From: Myxococcota bacterium
GTDB lineage: Bacteria; Myxococcota_A; Polyangia; Nannocystales; Nannocystaceae
Length of the DNA: 64,000 nucleotides
Direction of reading: 5' to 3'
Assembly (NCBI GenBank): GCA_039194325.1
Contig: JBCCWC010000007.1
Location: 64,001 to 128,000, forward strand
The notes under the pieces were generated by a model that did not search any database, was not told the origin of the DNA, and saw nothing but the letters and a program-made list of their open reading frames with translations. The first letter of the stretch is position 1. Each line of letters begins with the position of its first letter. Position numbers and translations under genes: made by a program. Of the stretch, positions 28,401 to 38,582 are shown in pieces.

Positions 28401-29999
28401 GTGAATAAGAGCTTTACGCAAGATTTACCGCGCAGTCGCGGCCCGGTGGCGCAACCTGCGGCAAAGTTGACTCCCTTGGTCGAAACTTCTCTAGTCCTCA
28501 AGCGAGCCGCAGTGCTCATCGGCCTGGCGGGCCTCGGGCTCGGTGTGTACCTGTGGCTGGTTCAGGACAACGGCTCTACACGTTCACGACGGCGCCGAGA
28601 AGGCGGCCAGCCCGTGCGGGTGATCGAGGCTAAGGAGTACCCGGCAGTCCCTCGCATTACCGGCTATGGCGTCGTCGCGGCGCAGCAAAGCTGGCAAGGA
28701 GTCGCCGAGGTCGGTGGACGTGTCATCGAGGTCGACGATCGCCTTCAGGTGGGTCGCATCGTGCGAGAAGGTACGGTGCTGCTCAAGATCGATCCCGAGG
28801 ATCTCGAGCTCGAGAAGACCAAGTCCGAGTCTAGCGTTCGAGCGGTCAAGGCCCAGATCGCGGAGCTTCGCGCCCAGGAGAAGGGCACCAAAGCCAGCCT
28901 CGTGGTCGAGAAGAAGGTCCTCGCGCTCGCACGCAAAGAGCTCGATCGTACCCAGGGCCTCTACGAGTCGGATGCCTCGTCGCTCGCCGAGCTCGAGACC
29001 GCGGAGCGAGAGGTGCTCGCGGCCGAGAAGGCGGTGATCGCCTTGGAGAACACGCTCGCGGAGTCACCGGCCAGCCGGCGGGTACTCGAAGCACAGCTCG
29101 AGCAGCTGGAGGCCGGGGTCACCGGGGCGGGGCTCCAGCTCGCCCGGACCGAAGTTGTCGCCCCGTTCACGATGCAGATCCGCGAGGTCAATGCCACGGT
29201 GGGCCAGGCGGTGTCTTCGAGCGCGATCCTGGTGGTGGGGGACGGAGTGCGAGCGGTAGAGGTCACGGCCAAGCTTCCGGTCGGCGCCATCGATCCCTTG
29301 TTGCCCGCACGCCCGGATCGTCCGCCTCGACGCGAGGCCAGCGACACCGCGAGCACCGACGCACCCACGCAGCCGGAGCCCTCGGCCACCGCGGACACCA
29401 CCCCAACCCCTCCCCCAACCCCTCCCACAACCCCCCCACAAGCTACATCCGGACGCGACCGGGATTCCGCGGGAGGCGACCGACCTCGCCGCCGGCGAGG
29501 GCGACTCGACCAGATCGCAGAGGCACTCGAGGCCACGGTGACCCTCGAGACTACGGCCGTACGCGAAAGCTGGCCCGCCCGGTTCACTCGCTTCGCGGGG
29601 ATCGACGAGGCCAGCCGCACGCTCGGCGTCGTGGTCGCCGTGGACGAACCTCGGGCCGCCCGCCGTAAGCGGCGGGTGCGGCTATCGCCTGGTCTACACG
29701 TCGAGGTCGAGCTTCGCGGCAAGCCCAAGCCCGGGTGCCTCGCGCTACCCACCGAGGCCGTGCACGGCGACACCGTGCACGTAGCCAGCGTCGAGGATCG
29801 CCTCGAGCTACGACAGGTGGTGCTCTTATGGGCCCAAGAGGACTTCGTGTGCGTGGCCGAGGGGCTCGCGGCTGGCGATCGCGTCGTCACGACGCCACTT
29901 TCACCGGCGGTCGCCGGCATGCTGCTCGAGCCTACCGTCGACGAGTTCGAGGCCCGACGGCTGGTGAAGCTCGTCAGTGAGGGGCAACCCGAGTCGTGA
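28401..29999 (+). CDS. RND efflux periplasmic adaptor (MFP)
   Basis: AEVGGRV lipoyl half, coiled hairpin, VVAPF, GLAAGDRVV; start uncertain. Confidence 0.88.
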   Translation: MNKSFTQDLPRSRGPVAQPAAKLTPLVETSLVLKRAAVLIGLAGLGLGVYLWLVQDNGSTRSRRRREGGQPVRVIEAKEYPAVPRITGYGVVAAQQSWQGVAEVGGRVIEVDDRLQVGRIVREGTVLLKIDPEDLELEKTKSESSVRAVKAQIAELRAQEKGTKASLVVEKKVLALARKELDRTQGLYESDASSLAELETAEREVLAAEKAVIALENTLAESPASRRVLEAQLEQLEAGVTGAGLQLARTEVVAPFTMQIREVNATVGQAVSSSAILVVGDGVRAVEVTAKLPVGAIDPLLPARPDRPPRREASDTASTDAPTQPEPSATADTTPTPPPTPPTTPPQATSGRDRDSAGGDRPRRRRGRLDQIAEALEATVTLETTAVRESWPARFTRFAGIDEASRTLGVVVAVDEPRAARRKRRVRLSPGLHVEVELRGKPKPGCLALPTEAVHGDTVHVASVEDRLELRQVVLLWAQEDFVCVAEGLAAGDRVVTTPLSPAVAGMLLEPTVDEFEARRLVKLVSEGQPES

Positions 30000-32900
30000 T
30001 CGAGTACTTCGCGCGGCATCCGACGGCCGCCAACCTGCTGATGCTGGTGGTCGTGCTGCTAGGGGCGCTCGGGATCCCACAGCTCCAGCGCGAGACCTAC
30101 CCACAGTTCGAGACCGACACCCTCCAGGTGAGCGTGTCGTTCGCCGGGGCCGACGCTCAGGTGATGGATCAAGACGTCGTCGAGCGGATCGAAGACGTCT
30201 TGGGCGGCATGGAGGGGATCCTCTCCATGACCTCTACGGCCCGGGATGGCGGAGCCTCGATCACGATAGAGGCACAGGACGGCGCCTCGGTGGAGACACT
30301 CCTGACCGACGTAAAGTCGGCGGTCGACTCCATCCAGGACTTTCCCGAGGGCATGGAGGAGCCGGTCGTCACGCGGCGGACCCGCTCGCGAAGCGTATTG
30401 ACGATCGCGGTGACCGGCCCCATGTCGGGACAAGATCTGCTGCTCTACCTTGCCCAGCTCAAGCGACGCCTGCTCGCCCACGACGAGGTCACGCAGGTAA
30501 GCATCGCGGGTTTCTCGACCCACCAGCTGCGAATACGGCTCGATCCATCGGCGCTCGCGCGCTACGCACTCAACGTCGAGACCGTCTCCCAAGCGGTCGC
30601 GGCCCAGAGCCTCGACAACCCGCTGGGGAGCCTGGAGACCCGGACCGGCAGCATCTTGGTGCGCTACGCCGATCGGCGCACCACCCCTGAGGCGTTGGCA
30701 TCGCTGGTCGTGGCTACGGCCGAGGGGGGGGGCGAGATCCGACTGCGCGACGTGGCGGAGGTCGACGACGCGTTCGCGGTGGAAGAAGAGCAGACCTATT
30801 TCAATGGTCAGCGCGCGGGCCTGCTGGTGGTCGACAAGGCCTCCACCGAAGACAGCCTCGACGTCCGCGATGCGGTGCAAGAGTTCCTCGATGAGCAGCA
30901 GCGGGTCAAGCCCGATGGTGTAGAGCTGGCGATCATCAACGACTCCACCTCGGTCATCGAAGACCGGCTCGCGCTGCTGCTCACCAACGGCGTACAGGGC
31001 CTGCTGCTGGTGTTCCTGACCCTGTGGCTGTTCTTCGACCTACGGCTGGCCTTCTGGGTGGCGGTGGGGCTGCCGGTCTCGTTTCTTGGTGCGCTGTGGT
31101 TGATGCAGCAGACCGGTCAGTCCCTCAACATGATGACGATGATGGGGCTGCTGGTCGCGCTCGGCCTGCTGATGGACGATGCGATCGTGCTCGCTGAGAA
31201 CGTGGCCTCGCACCTGGCGCGCGGCGTCGGGCCGCTGCGAGCGGCTGTCGATGGGGTGCAGGAGGTCGCCGGCGGGGTGCTCTCCTCCTTCGTCACCACG
31301 ATCTGCGTCTTCGTGCCGCTCTCGGCGATCGATGGCCGGATCGGGCGCACCCTCCAGGTGATCCCCGCGGTGCTCATCGCGGTGCTCGCCGTGAGCCTCA
31401 TCGAGGCATTCTTGATCCTGCCCAATCACTTGGGCCACTCGCTTCGCCACTCGGTTGCCGGGCGTCAGGCTCCCAACCGCTTCCGGCGCATATTCGATGC
31501 CGCCTTCGACGCTGTCCGCGAGCGTGGCCTGGGTCGCCTGGTCGACTTCGCCGTGCGTCACCGGTATGGGGCCATGGGCTTGACCGTGGCGGCCTTGTTG
31601 ATCTCGGCCGGGGTGCTCGAGGGCGGACACCTGCGCTATCAGGCTTTTCCAGACACCGAGGGCAACACCGTCGAGCTCCGGCTTGCGCTGCCCATCGGCA
31701 CCGCGCTGCCCCAGACGATGCTCGAGGTCGAGCGCGTCGTAGAGGCGGCCCAGAGGGCGGGGGCGGCCTTTAGCGCCGATCAACCGGAGGGCGAGCGGCT
31801 GGTCCGCAACACCTCCGCTCGCTTCAACTACAACCCCGACGTCGACGAAACGGGACCCCACGTGGCCACGATAACCGTCGATCTACTGGACGTAGAGCGT
31901 CGCGGTACGACCCTCGCGGATTTCACTTCACGGTGGCGCGAGGAGCTAGGTCCTCTCCCTAGCGCGGTATCGGCCAAGTTCGGCCAGGGGGGTCGCCGTG
32001 GCCCCGGCGGCAACCCCGTCGAGGTCCGGTTGCTCGGAGACGATCTCGATCGACTCGACGATGCGGCGAGCCACGTCCGGGAATGGCTGGCGCGCAACCC
32101 CGCGGTGTCCGATCTCTCCGACGACCTCGAACCCGGTAGCACGCAGATCCGCCTGCGCATGCGCCCCGGCGCCGGCGCGACGGGCCTCACCGGCGCCACC
32201 CTCTCCGCCCTCCTCAAGAGTGCGCTCTGGGGGGTCACGGTAGAGACGCTCTACCACGAGGGGGAGCAATTCGAGGTGTACGTGGAGCTCGAGCCACAGG
32301 CTCGCGACACCGTGGCCGACCTCGAGCACTTCCCGATCGTGGTCGATGAGGGAGTGACCGTACCGCTGGGCTCGCTGGCCTATATCGAGCCCCACAAGAG
32401 CTTCGCGCGGATCCGCCGACGCAATGGGGCCCGTACGGTGACCGTGAGCGGAGCGATCGACCGCGAGCAGGCCAACCTCGCCCAGCTCATGGAGCGCTTC
32501 GCACAAGAAGCCATCCCACAGATCGAGGCCGAGTTCCCTGATGTATCGATCGAGATCGGCGGCGAGATCGAGGACTCCAACGAGACCCTCGGCTCGATGG
32601 CCAAGGGAATGGTCCTGGGGCTATTTGCCATCTTCGCGCTGCTGAGCCTGCAGTTTCGCAGCTATATAGAGCCGCTGGTGGTCATGCTGGCGATCCCCTT
32701 CGCGTTCGTAGGCGTGGTGGTTGGCAGCCTGGCGCTGGGCATGCCGCTGTCCTCCCAGGCGGTGCTCGGCTTCGTGTCGCTGGCCGGCGTGGTCGTCAAC
32801 GACTCGATCCTCCTGATGGTCTTCATCAAGGAGGCTCGCGCCCGAGGAGCCAGCGTCGATGAGGCAGTGACCCGAGCCAGCCGTAGTCGTTTTCGGGCGG

Positions 32901-33157
32901 TGCTCTTGACCTCGGCGACCACCGTGGCCGGGCTCGTGCCGCTGATGTTCGAGACCAGCCGGCAGGCCCAGATGCTGATCCCCGTGGCGACGAGCATCAC
33001 CTTCGGCATTGCCGCCTCCACGGTGTTGGTGCTCGTCGTGCTCCCCGCGCTCTACGCAATCCTGGGCGACCTGCGGCTGGTCTCGTCTCCGGCCGCGTCC
33101 GATCCGGTCGCGTCCGATCCGGTCGAGCCCGCTTCGGTCGAAGCTCGTAGCTCCTAG
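29996..33157 (+). CDS. RND efflux permease (AcrB/CusA family)
   Basis: GLLMDDAIVLAEN, GVVVNDSI, SRFRAVLLTSATT; 1053 aa. Confidence 0.95.
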   Translation: MIEYFARHPTAANLLMLVVVLLGALGIPQLQRETYPQFETDTLQVSVSFAGADAQVMDQDVVERIEDVLGGMEGILSMTSTARDGGASITIEAQDGASVETLLTDVKSAVDSIQDFPEGMEEPVVTRRTRSRSVLTIAVTGPMSGQDLLLYLAQLKRRLLAHDEVTQVSIAGFSTHQLRIRLDPSALARYALNVETVSQAVAAQSLDNPLGSLETRTGSILVRYADRRTTPEALASLVVATAEGGGEIRLRDVAEVDDAFAVEEEQTYFNGQRAGLLVVDKASTEDSLDVRDAVQEFLDEQQRVKPDGVELAIINDSTSVIEDRLALLLTNGVQGLLLVFLTLWLFFDLRLAFWVAVGLPVSFLGALWLMQQTGQSLNMMTMMGLLVALGLLMDDAIVLAENVASHLARGVGPLRAAVDGVQEVAGGVLSSFVTTICVFVPLSAIDGRIGRTLQVIPAVLIAVLAVSLIEAFLILPNHLGHSLRHSVAGRQAPNRFRRIFDAAFDAVRERGLGRLVDFAVRHRYGAMGLTVAALLISAGVLEGGHLRYQAFPDTEGNTVELRLALPIGTALPQTMLEVERVVEAAQRAGAAFSADQPEGERLVRNTSARFNYNPDVDETGPHVATITVDLLDVERRGTTLADFTSRWREELGPLPSAVSAKFGQGGRRGPGGNPVEVRLLGDDLDRLDDAASHVREWLARNPAVSDLSDDLEPGSTQIRLRMRPGAGATGLTGATLSALLKSALWGVTVETLYHEGEQFEVYVELEPQARDTVADLEHFPIVVDEGVTVPLGSLAYIEPHKSFARIRRRNGARTVTVSGAIDREQANLAQLMERFAQEAIPQIEAEFPDVSIEIGGEIEDSNETLGSMAKGMVLGLFAIFALLSLQFRSYIEPLVVMLAIPFAFVGVVVGSLALGMPLSSQAVLGFVSLAGVVVNDSILLMVFIKEARARGASVDEAVTRASRSRFRAVLLTSATTVAGLVPLMFETSRQAQMLIPVATSITFGIAASTVLVLVVLPALYAILGDLRLVSSPAASDPVASDPVEPASVEARSS

Positions 33158-33227
33158 GAGCTCCAGACCACGACCTCTGCGGCGCCGGGATCTGACCCGC
33201 TCGGGCGTGGAGTCGGGCGCCCCTGGC

Positions 33228-34016
33228 TCACAGGAGCTTCGAGGCGCACTCGCGCAGCTCGTGCATCGTCTTGGCCTTCATCGCGCAGTCGACCTCGGCC
33301 TTCGTCCCCTGATCGACACAGGCCGAGAGCACGTCGGCCTTCACCTCTTCGAGGATCTCCTTGACCAGCTCGGCCTGATCCTTGGCGTCGTCCATGGCGA
33401 GCTTTTCGAATTGATCGAAGAACCCGCTGCAGGTCGCCTGGTCGAGGCCATCGCCGTGGGGCTTGTCGTGCAAGAGCTTCTCCGCCTCTTGCGCGGCGGC
33501 ATCACAGGCATCGAGCTCGGCGGCGCTCTTGGCCTCCATCAGGCACTGGGCCAGCTGCGCGTAGATCTCCGGCCCGAGCTGCACGATGCGATGCTCGATC
33601 TTCTTGACGCAGGGCTTGATGTCGTCGCCGGTCCCCCGGATCTTCGCCACGTGCCGACAGACCTCCTCGACGTTGGTCAACTTCTCCGCGTGGTGTGAAA
33701 GCTCGCGCAGGTCCTCGCCGTCGATCGCCTCGTCGGTCTCGAGCGCCGCCGCCGAGCGCGCCAGGATGCCGGACTTGTCCGCCGAGATGTCGAAGTGTTT
33801 CTCGGCCACCGTGGCCAGCACCGCCTTCGAGTCTGCGGACTTGGCGGCTTTGCCCTTGCCGTCCTTGTCCTTGCCGTCCTTGTTGGCGACTTCGCCCTTC
33901 TTGGCCGTTTCACCTTTCTTGGCCGTTTCATCTTTCTTGGCCGTCGACTTGTCGCCGTCACACGCGAGCAGGAGGGAGAGCGCAGCAATGAACAGCCGGG
34001 TGCCAGAACGAGTCAC
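33228..34016 (-). CDS. Lipoprotein with Lys-rich linker and Cys-paired helical repeats
   Basis: Lipobox LLAC; C-MxAK-xxEL-xC repeated twice. Confidence 0.75.
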   Translation of the reverse strand: MTRSGTRLFIAALSLLLACDGDKSTAKKDETAKKGETAKKGEVANKDGKDKDGKGKAAKSADSKAVLATVAEKHFDISADKSGILARSAAALETDEAIDGEDLRELSHHAEKLTNVEEVCRHVAKIRGTGDDIKPCVKKIEHRIVQLGPEIYAQLAQCLMEAKSAAELDACDAAAQEAEKLLHDKPHGDGLDQATCSGFFDQFEKLAMDDAKDQAELVKEILEEVKADVLSACVDQGTKAEVDCAMKAKTMHELRECASKLL

Positions 34017-34222
34017 GATGGAGAAAGTAGCGGCCCTCGGACCACCAAGGCAACCGGGGAGACACCGAAAGCGCCCGACGGCGCCCGACGGCGCCCGACG
34101 GCCTCGGATGGCGCCCGATGGCGCTGGCAAGCCCTCGATGGACGTTTGCTCGCTGGGGCTCGCTACGCTCTTCGCAGCGTCGTGATGTCCGAAGGCTCGG
34201 GTGAGCATGGCATAGTGAGCCC

Positions 34223-34819
34223 ATGCGCTTCGACACGATGCTCGCGTGCTCACTGGTGCTCGGAGCATGCCAGGGGGATCCCGAGCTGCCTCCTCCTCCC
34301 GTCGACAATGGTCGCTCGGATGGACCCGTGATGCCTCCGTCGGGAGCCACCGGCTCCTTGACGGACTCGACGGCGACGACCATGCAGGACATCACCGGCA
34401 CGGCCGACACCACCGATGGGACTACGTCCACCGGCACCGGCGCCGGCACCGGCACCAGCGCTGGCTCGGGTCGCCTCTTGCTCACGGGGCGACTACTCGA
34501 AGGTTCCGCCCAGCTCATCCCCAACAGCTGCCAGATCCGCCTACACACTCCCGAGTCGATCGACCCGGCCACCGGGTTCGCCGTGGACACCGCGGTCGAG
34601 GTCACGACGAACGTCCTGAACCTGCCCCATATGTACTCGGTCTATGAACCCCCCGACATGGCGATCGGCATCGGGGACGAGGTCTACGTCACCACCCAAT
34701 GTGATTCCGACGGAGACGGCACACTCGACCCGGTCGGCGGTTACTACCCGCAGCTCCCGATGGAGCCGGTGAGCCTGCCGGACATGGGGATCGACATGGC
34801 GCTGGACTTTGCGCTCTGA
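34223..34819 (+). CDS. Thr-rich lipoprotein
   Basis: Lipobox LGAC; DSDGDG motif. Confidence 0.7.
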   Translation: MRFDTMLACSLVLGACQGDPELPPPPVDNGRSDGPVMPPSGATGSLTDSTATTMQDITGTADTTDGTTSTGTGAGTGTSAGSGRLLLTGRLLEGSAQLIPNSCQIRLHTPESIDPATGFAVDTAVEVTTNVLNLPHMYSVYEPPDMAIGIGDEVYVTTQCDSDGDGTLDPVGGYYPQLPMEPVSLPDMGIDMALDFAL

Positions 34820-34837
34820 GGCTCGACCAGGGTTCGT

Positions 34838-35860
34838 CTACTCGGACGCTCCGGCCGCCTCGGCGTTGCTCGTGGTCTCGCCATCGCCCGCCGGGGTGGC
34901 CGACGCGCCGTCGTCGACACACTCGCCGGCGCCTACGTAGTCGGGATCACAGGGATCGGTGAGCTGCTGGGTGGCGTCGCCCGCCGGCGCGACCGCTTGC
35001 TTGCCTCCCTTGGACCACTGGGCGTCGATCTCGGTGAGGACCGAGGTCTGCCCCACGATCTCCATGCGGATCGTGCGTTCCACGGCCACCGGGTGGCCTT
35101 GTGAGGCGCAGAAGGTCACCTCGGTGTCGATCTTCTGCTGGATCTCGAAGGTCTGCTCCCCGCGCGAGCGCTGGGCCTGCACCTGGGCCGCATACACGAG
35201 CTGGGCGATCTCTCGGCCCGCGTCGTCACGACCGAGCCCCCGCAGGCTCCCCGTGTTCGACGACGAGACGACCCCCTCGCGCGGCGTGCTGGACTTGGCG
35301 TCCCACTGCTCGCCGTCCTTGACCGGCTGCTCGGGCACCCGCACCGAGAACCCCGCCGTGAGCGCGCTGGCGATCATGCCCATGATGTCCTGGATCTCGG
35401 GTGACGCATCCGCGGGAGGATCGGGTACCCCGTCGACCTCGCCTCGCTCGTTGAGGTTGAAGGGCAGCTGCATGCCGTTCAACGAGGCCGCCTTCTCCGG
35501 AGTCATCCCGCCCGTCAACATCGCCACCATCGCGGGCGGGATCCCCTCAGGTGGCCGTAGCGAGAGCTTGATGGCCTCGATCGTCGCGTCCACCACCATG
35601 GCGTCACCGATCTTCTGAGCCTGCACCAACAGCTCGACGTCGAACTCGATCGTCGTCACCATATCCCCCTTGAGGGTCTGGGCCGAGCTGCGCATCTTGA
35701 CGTGGCCGCGGTAGGTCTGACCTGCGGTGAGGTCATAGCGAAGGCTGACGCCCGCCTCGGGGACCTCCACCTCGGTGAGTGTCTGCTTGTTGGTGCAGCC
35801 AGGGCCTAGGGGCAACGCGAGCGCGACGGCTACGAACAGCGACGAGGTGCGGCGAAGCAT
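34838..35860 (-). CDS. Lipoprotein, hypothetical
   Basis: Lipobox GPGC; PEQPVKDGEQW motif. Confidence 0.75.
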   Translation of the reverse strand: MLRRTSSLFVAVALALPLGPGCTNKQTLTEVEVPEAGVSLRYDLTAGQTYRGHVKMRSSAQTLKGDMVTTIEFDVELLVQAQKIGDAMVVDATIEAIKLSLRPPEGIPPAMVAMLTGGMTPEKAASLNGMQLPFNLNERGEVDGVPDPPADASPEIQDIMGMIASALTAGFSVRVPEQPVKDGEQWDAKSSTPREGVVSSSNTGSLRGLGRDDAGREIAQLVYAAQVQAQRSRGEQTFEIQQKIDTEVTFCASQGHPVAVERTIRMEIVGQTSVLTEIDAQWSKGGKQAVAPAGDATQQLTDPCDPDYVGAGECVDDGASATPAGDGETTSNAEAAGASE

Positions 35861-35934
35861 GGCCGCGTTCTATATCAGCTCTACCGATAGGGTCCACACA
35901 CCGGGGACCCGCGAGCGCTCATTGCCTCTCGCGC

Positions 35935-36696
35935 TCACTGAGTTGCCGCGCGGTCACCATTGGCCTCGATCGCGGCTGACAAGAACGCCGCGACGCCCTC
36001 GCCGTGCTTGTCGAGGTTCTGCTCGAAGCGCGAGTCGGCCATGTACATCTGCCCGAGGTTGCGGTGCATCTGGTGGCTACACGAGTAGAAGAACCGGTCG
36101 ATCTGCAGGCGATGCTCCTCGGCCAGATCCATCGCCGCCTCGTCGGTGGGCGCGGTCCCGGCCGCCACCTCGGCGGCGATCCTCTGCATCAGCTCGTCGG
36201 TCTCCGACTTGATCCGCGCCCAATCCTCCCGGGAGTAGCCCCGGGTGCGCTCCGTGCTCTGGGCGTACGCCTTGGTGTGTCCCCAGCGTTCCTTGACCTC
36301 GTCCTCGTACTCGGCGGGATCGAAGCCATCGAACAATTCCTTCATGTTCACGATCTGTTCTCCTTGCAAGGCTCGTAGCGCGGCATCGACCGCGCGGATC
36401 ATGGCGTTGGTTTGCTGCACCCGCGCCCGCAGGCGAGCGCGCTGCTTGAGTAAGACCTGGCGCGGATCGTGGGTGGGATCGGCGAGGATCGCCCGGATCC
36501 GCTCCAGCGGGAGCCCCAGCTCGCGGTGCACCAGGATCTGCTGCAGCCGCAGCAGATCCGCCTCGGAGTACTCGCGATAGCCGGCGCTCGTGCGACGCGG
36601 CGACAGCAGGCCGATCGCATCGTAGTGGTGCAGCGTACGCACGGTCACTCCGCTGAGCCGAGCGACCTCTTTGACCTTGTAGGTTCGAGCAGCCAC
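35935..36696 (-). CDS. tipA: MerR-family TipA-like regulator (HTH plus TipAS antibiotic-recognition domain)
   Basis: GVTVRTLHHYDAIGLL, FDPAEYEDEVKERWG, LGQMYMADSRF. Confidence 0.92.
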   Translation of the reverse strand: MAARTYKVKEVARLSGVTVRTLHHYDAIGLLSPRRTSAGYREYSEADLLRLQQILVHRELGLPLERIRAILADPTHDPRQVLLKQRARLRARVQQTNAMIRAVDAALRALQGEQIVNMKELFDGFDPAEYEDEVKERWGHTKAYAQSTERTRGYSREDWARIKSETDELMQRIAAEVAAGTAPTDEAAMDLAEEHRLQIDRFFYSCSHQMHRNLGQMYMADSRFEQNLDKHGEGVAAFLSAAIEANGDRAATQ

Positions 36697-36702
36697 GCGC
36701 TC

Positions 36703-36733
36703 AAGCTACGGCCTCACGTAGCGTGAGGGTCAA
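36703..36733 (-). promoter_or_regulatory. MerR-type promoter/operator of tipA
   Basis: TTGACC-19 bp-TAGCTT with dyad CCTCACG-N3-CGTGAGG at 36712-36728. Confidence 0.85.
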
Positions 36734-36859
36734 GGGATTTTTTGTTCGCCCGCTCGCCCCGCGAGCGTTCGGGTCGTCACGCGGCTGACGAGCCCCAGGC
36801 CAACCCCAGGCCAACCTCAGGCGCACCTCGGGCCAACCCCAATCACGAACCCAGGCCTG

Positions 36860-37702
36860 CTATCGCCGCCGCCGTAGGTGCCGGGTGGCTTCGGGGGAGA
36901 GCAACAGCTCGCGGAGCGCGGCCACGGCCGGCGGCAGGCGATCCACCCCGCGATGCGCCAGCATCATGGGCCGTTCGATCGGCGTTCGCGGATCTCGGAC
37001 CCGCACCAGCCGACGCTCGCGCAGATCGTTGACCACCGCGTGTCGGCTGATCAGCGCCACGCCGATCCCCGCCCGCACATTGCCCTTGATCCCCGCCAGA
37101 CTCCCCAGCTCCATCACGATGTCGGCCTCGGGGAAGTGAGTATCGAGGATCATCCGCGTGATCGCGCCCTGGCGCAGCGTCACGAAGGGGCGGTCGCGTG
37201 CGCACGACCCCGGCGCGCCGACAACGATCAGCTCGTCGACGAACCACGGCTCGTGCCCCTCAGCGGTGACGATCGCCATGTCGAGCTCGCCCCGCTCGAG
37301 GGCGTCGAGCGCCTCGTTGGTGGTGGTCTCGCGCAAGAAGTAGCGGATCCCGGGGTGGCGCTCGCGATAGCGGGCAAGCACGGGCGGCAGCAGATAGGTC
37401 ACCGCGGTGACCCCCGCGCCCAGCCGAACCTCGCCCGCCCGCAGCTCCATGACCTCGGCGACCGCCCGTCGACCATCCTCGAGCGCGGCCAGGCTCGCCC
37501 GCGCTCGCGGCAAGAGGGCCTCCCCGGCCACCGTCAGCCGGGCGCCATCGCGACCACGATGCAGCAAGCGAGCGCCGAGCGCCTCCTCGAGCCGGCGCAC
37601 CGAGGCTGAGAGCGCCGGCTGCGAGAGGTGGGCGTGCCGAGCCGCCTCGGTGAACGTGCCGTGCTCGACGATGAGCAGCAGGTGCCGGAGCTCGTCGTAC
37701 AC
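36860..37702 (-). CDS. LysR-family regulator
   Basis: FTEAARHAHLSQPALSASVRRLE HTH; GEVRLG. Confidence 0.95.
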   Translation of the reverse strand: MYDELRHLLLIVEHGTFTEAARHAHLSQPALSASVRRLEEALGARLLHRGRDGARLTVAGEALLPRARASLAALEDGRRAVAEVMELRAGEVRLGAGVTAVTYLLPPVLARYRERHPGIRYFLRETTTNEALDALERGELDMAIVTAEGHEPWFVDELIVVGAPGSCARDRPFVTLRQGAITRMILDTHFPEADIVMELGSLAGIKGNVRAGIGVALISRHAVVNDLRERRLVRVRDPRTPIERPMMLAHRGVDRLPPAVAALRELLLSPEATRHLRRRR

Positions 37703-37714
37703 TCGGTCATCCTT

Positions 37715-37733
37715 CCATCATTATTTTTTATGG
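37715..37733. promoter_or_regulatory. LysR T-N11-A box in divergent promoter
   Basis: CCAT-N11-ATGG dyad in an AT-rich island between lysR and the TSUP gene. Confidence 0.65.
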
Positions 37734-37788
37734 TAAACATAAAATACTTTCGTTGGACCAATGGTAGGGTTTCGCACAGGTTCGTAGG

Positions 37789-38511
37789 GTGGATCTGACG
37801 TGGATCGTCATCCCGCTCGGCATCGTGGCCGGGGCGCTGACCACCGTGGCCGGGGTCGGCGGGGGTCTGGTGATAACCCTGGCGCTGGCCGCCCTGTGGG
37901 ATCCCCACGCTGCGCTGGCCGTGACCGCGCCGGCCCTTCTGCTGGGCAACGTCCATCGGCTGTGGCTGTTCCGCCGCGACGTCGACCGCACCGTGGCGCT
38001 GCGGCTGGCGGCGCCGGCGGTGGTGGGCGCGACCGCGGGAGGGCTGGTCACCGCCGCCGTGCCCGATGGTCCGCTGCGCTGGCTGCTGCTCGGCGTGACC
38101 GCGCTGGCCTTCGCCCGCGAGTGCGGGTGGATCTCGCCGCCGGGCCGCGGCGTGTGGTTGGTGGGCGGCGGCCTGCTGGTGGGGGTGCTGACCGCGACTA
38201 CCGGCGGCGGCGGCCTGCTGCTAGCCCCGCTGATGCTCGCGGCACAGCTGCGCGGGGCCACGTTCATCGCGACCGGGGCGCTGGTGGCCAGCTCGATCCA
38301 CGTGGCGCGACTGGTCACCTACGGCGGCACGGGCTTGCTGGGCCCGGCCGAGCTGCCCGTGGCCCTGGTCACGGGGCTGGCAATCTTGCTGGGCAACACC
38401 GCGGGGCGGCGCTTACGTCCTCGCCTGGGGGATCGCATGTGCCACCAGCTGACGTGGATCGTGCTCGTGGGTGGCTTGCTGCTGGCACTGCTGGGCCTGG
38501 GCCGCTCGTGA
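37789..38511 (+). CDS. TauE/SafE (TSUP) family transporter
   Basis: AGVGGGL and TGGGGLL repeats; about 8 TM helices. Confidence 0.85.
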   Translation: MDLTWIVIPLGIVAGALTTVAGVGGGLVITLALAALWDPHAALAVTAPALLLGNVHRLWLFRRDVDRTVALRLAAPAVVGATAGGLVTAAVPDGPLRWLLLGVTALAFARECGWISPPGRGVWLVGGGLLVGVLTATTGGGGLLLAPLMLAAQLRGATFIATGALVASSIHVARLVTYGGTGLLGPAELPVALVTGLAILLGNTAGRRLRPRLGDRMCHQLTWIVLVGGLLLALLGLGRS

Positions 38512-38582
38512 GGCTGGCTCACCCGCGCCGCTCTCGGGCGACAGTGACCAGCATCCGCTGCTTGCGTGCCCTATCGTCGTAC

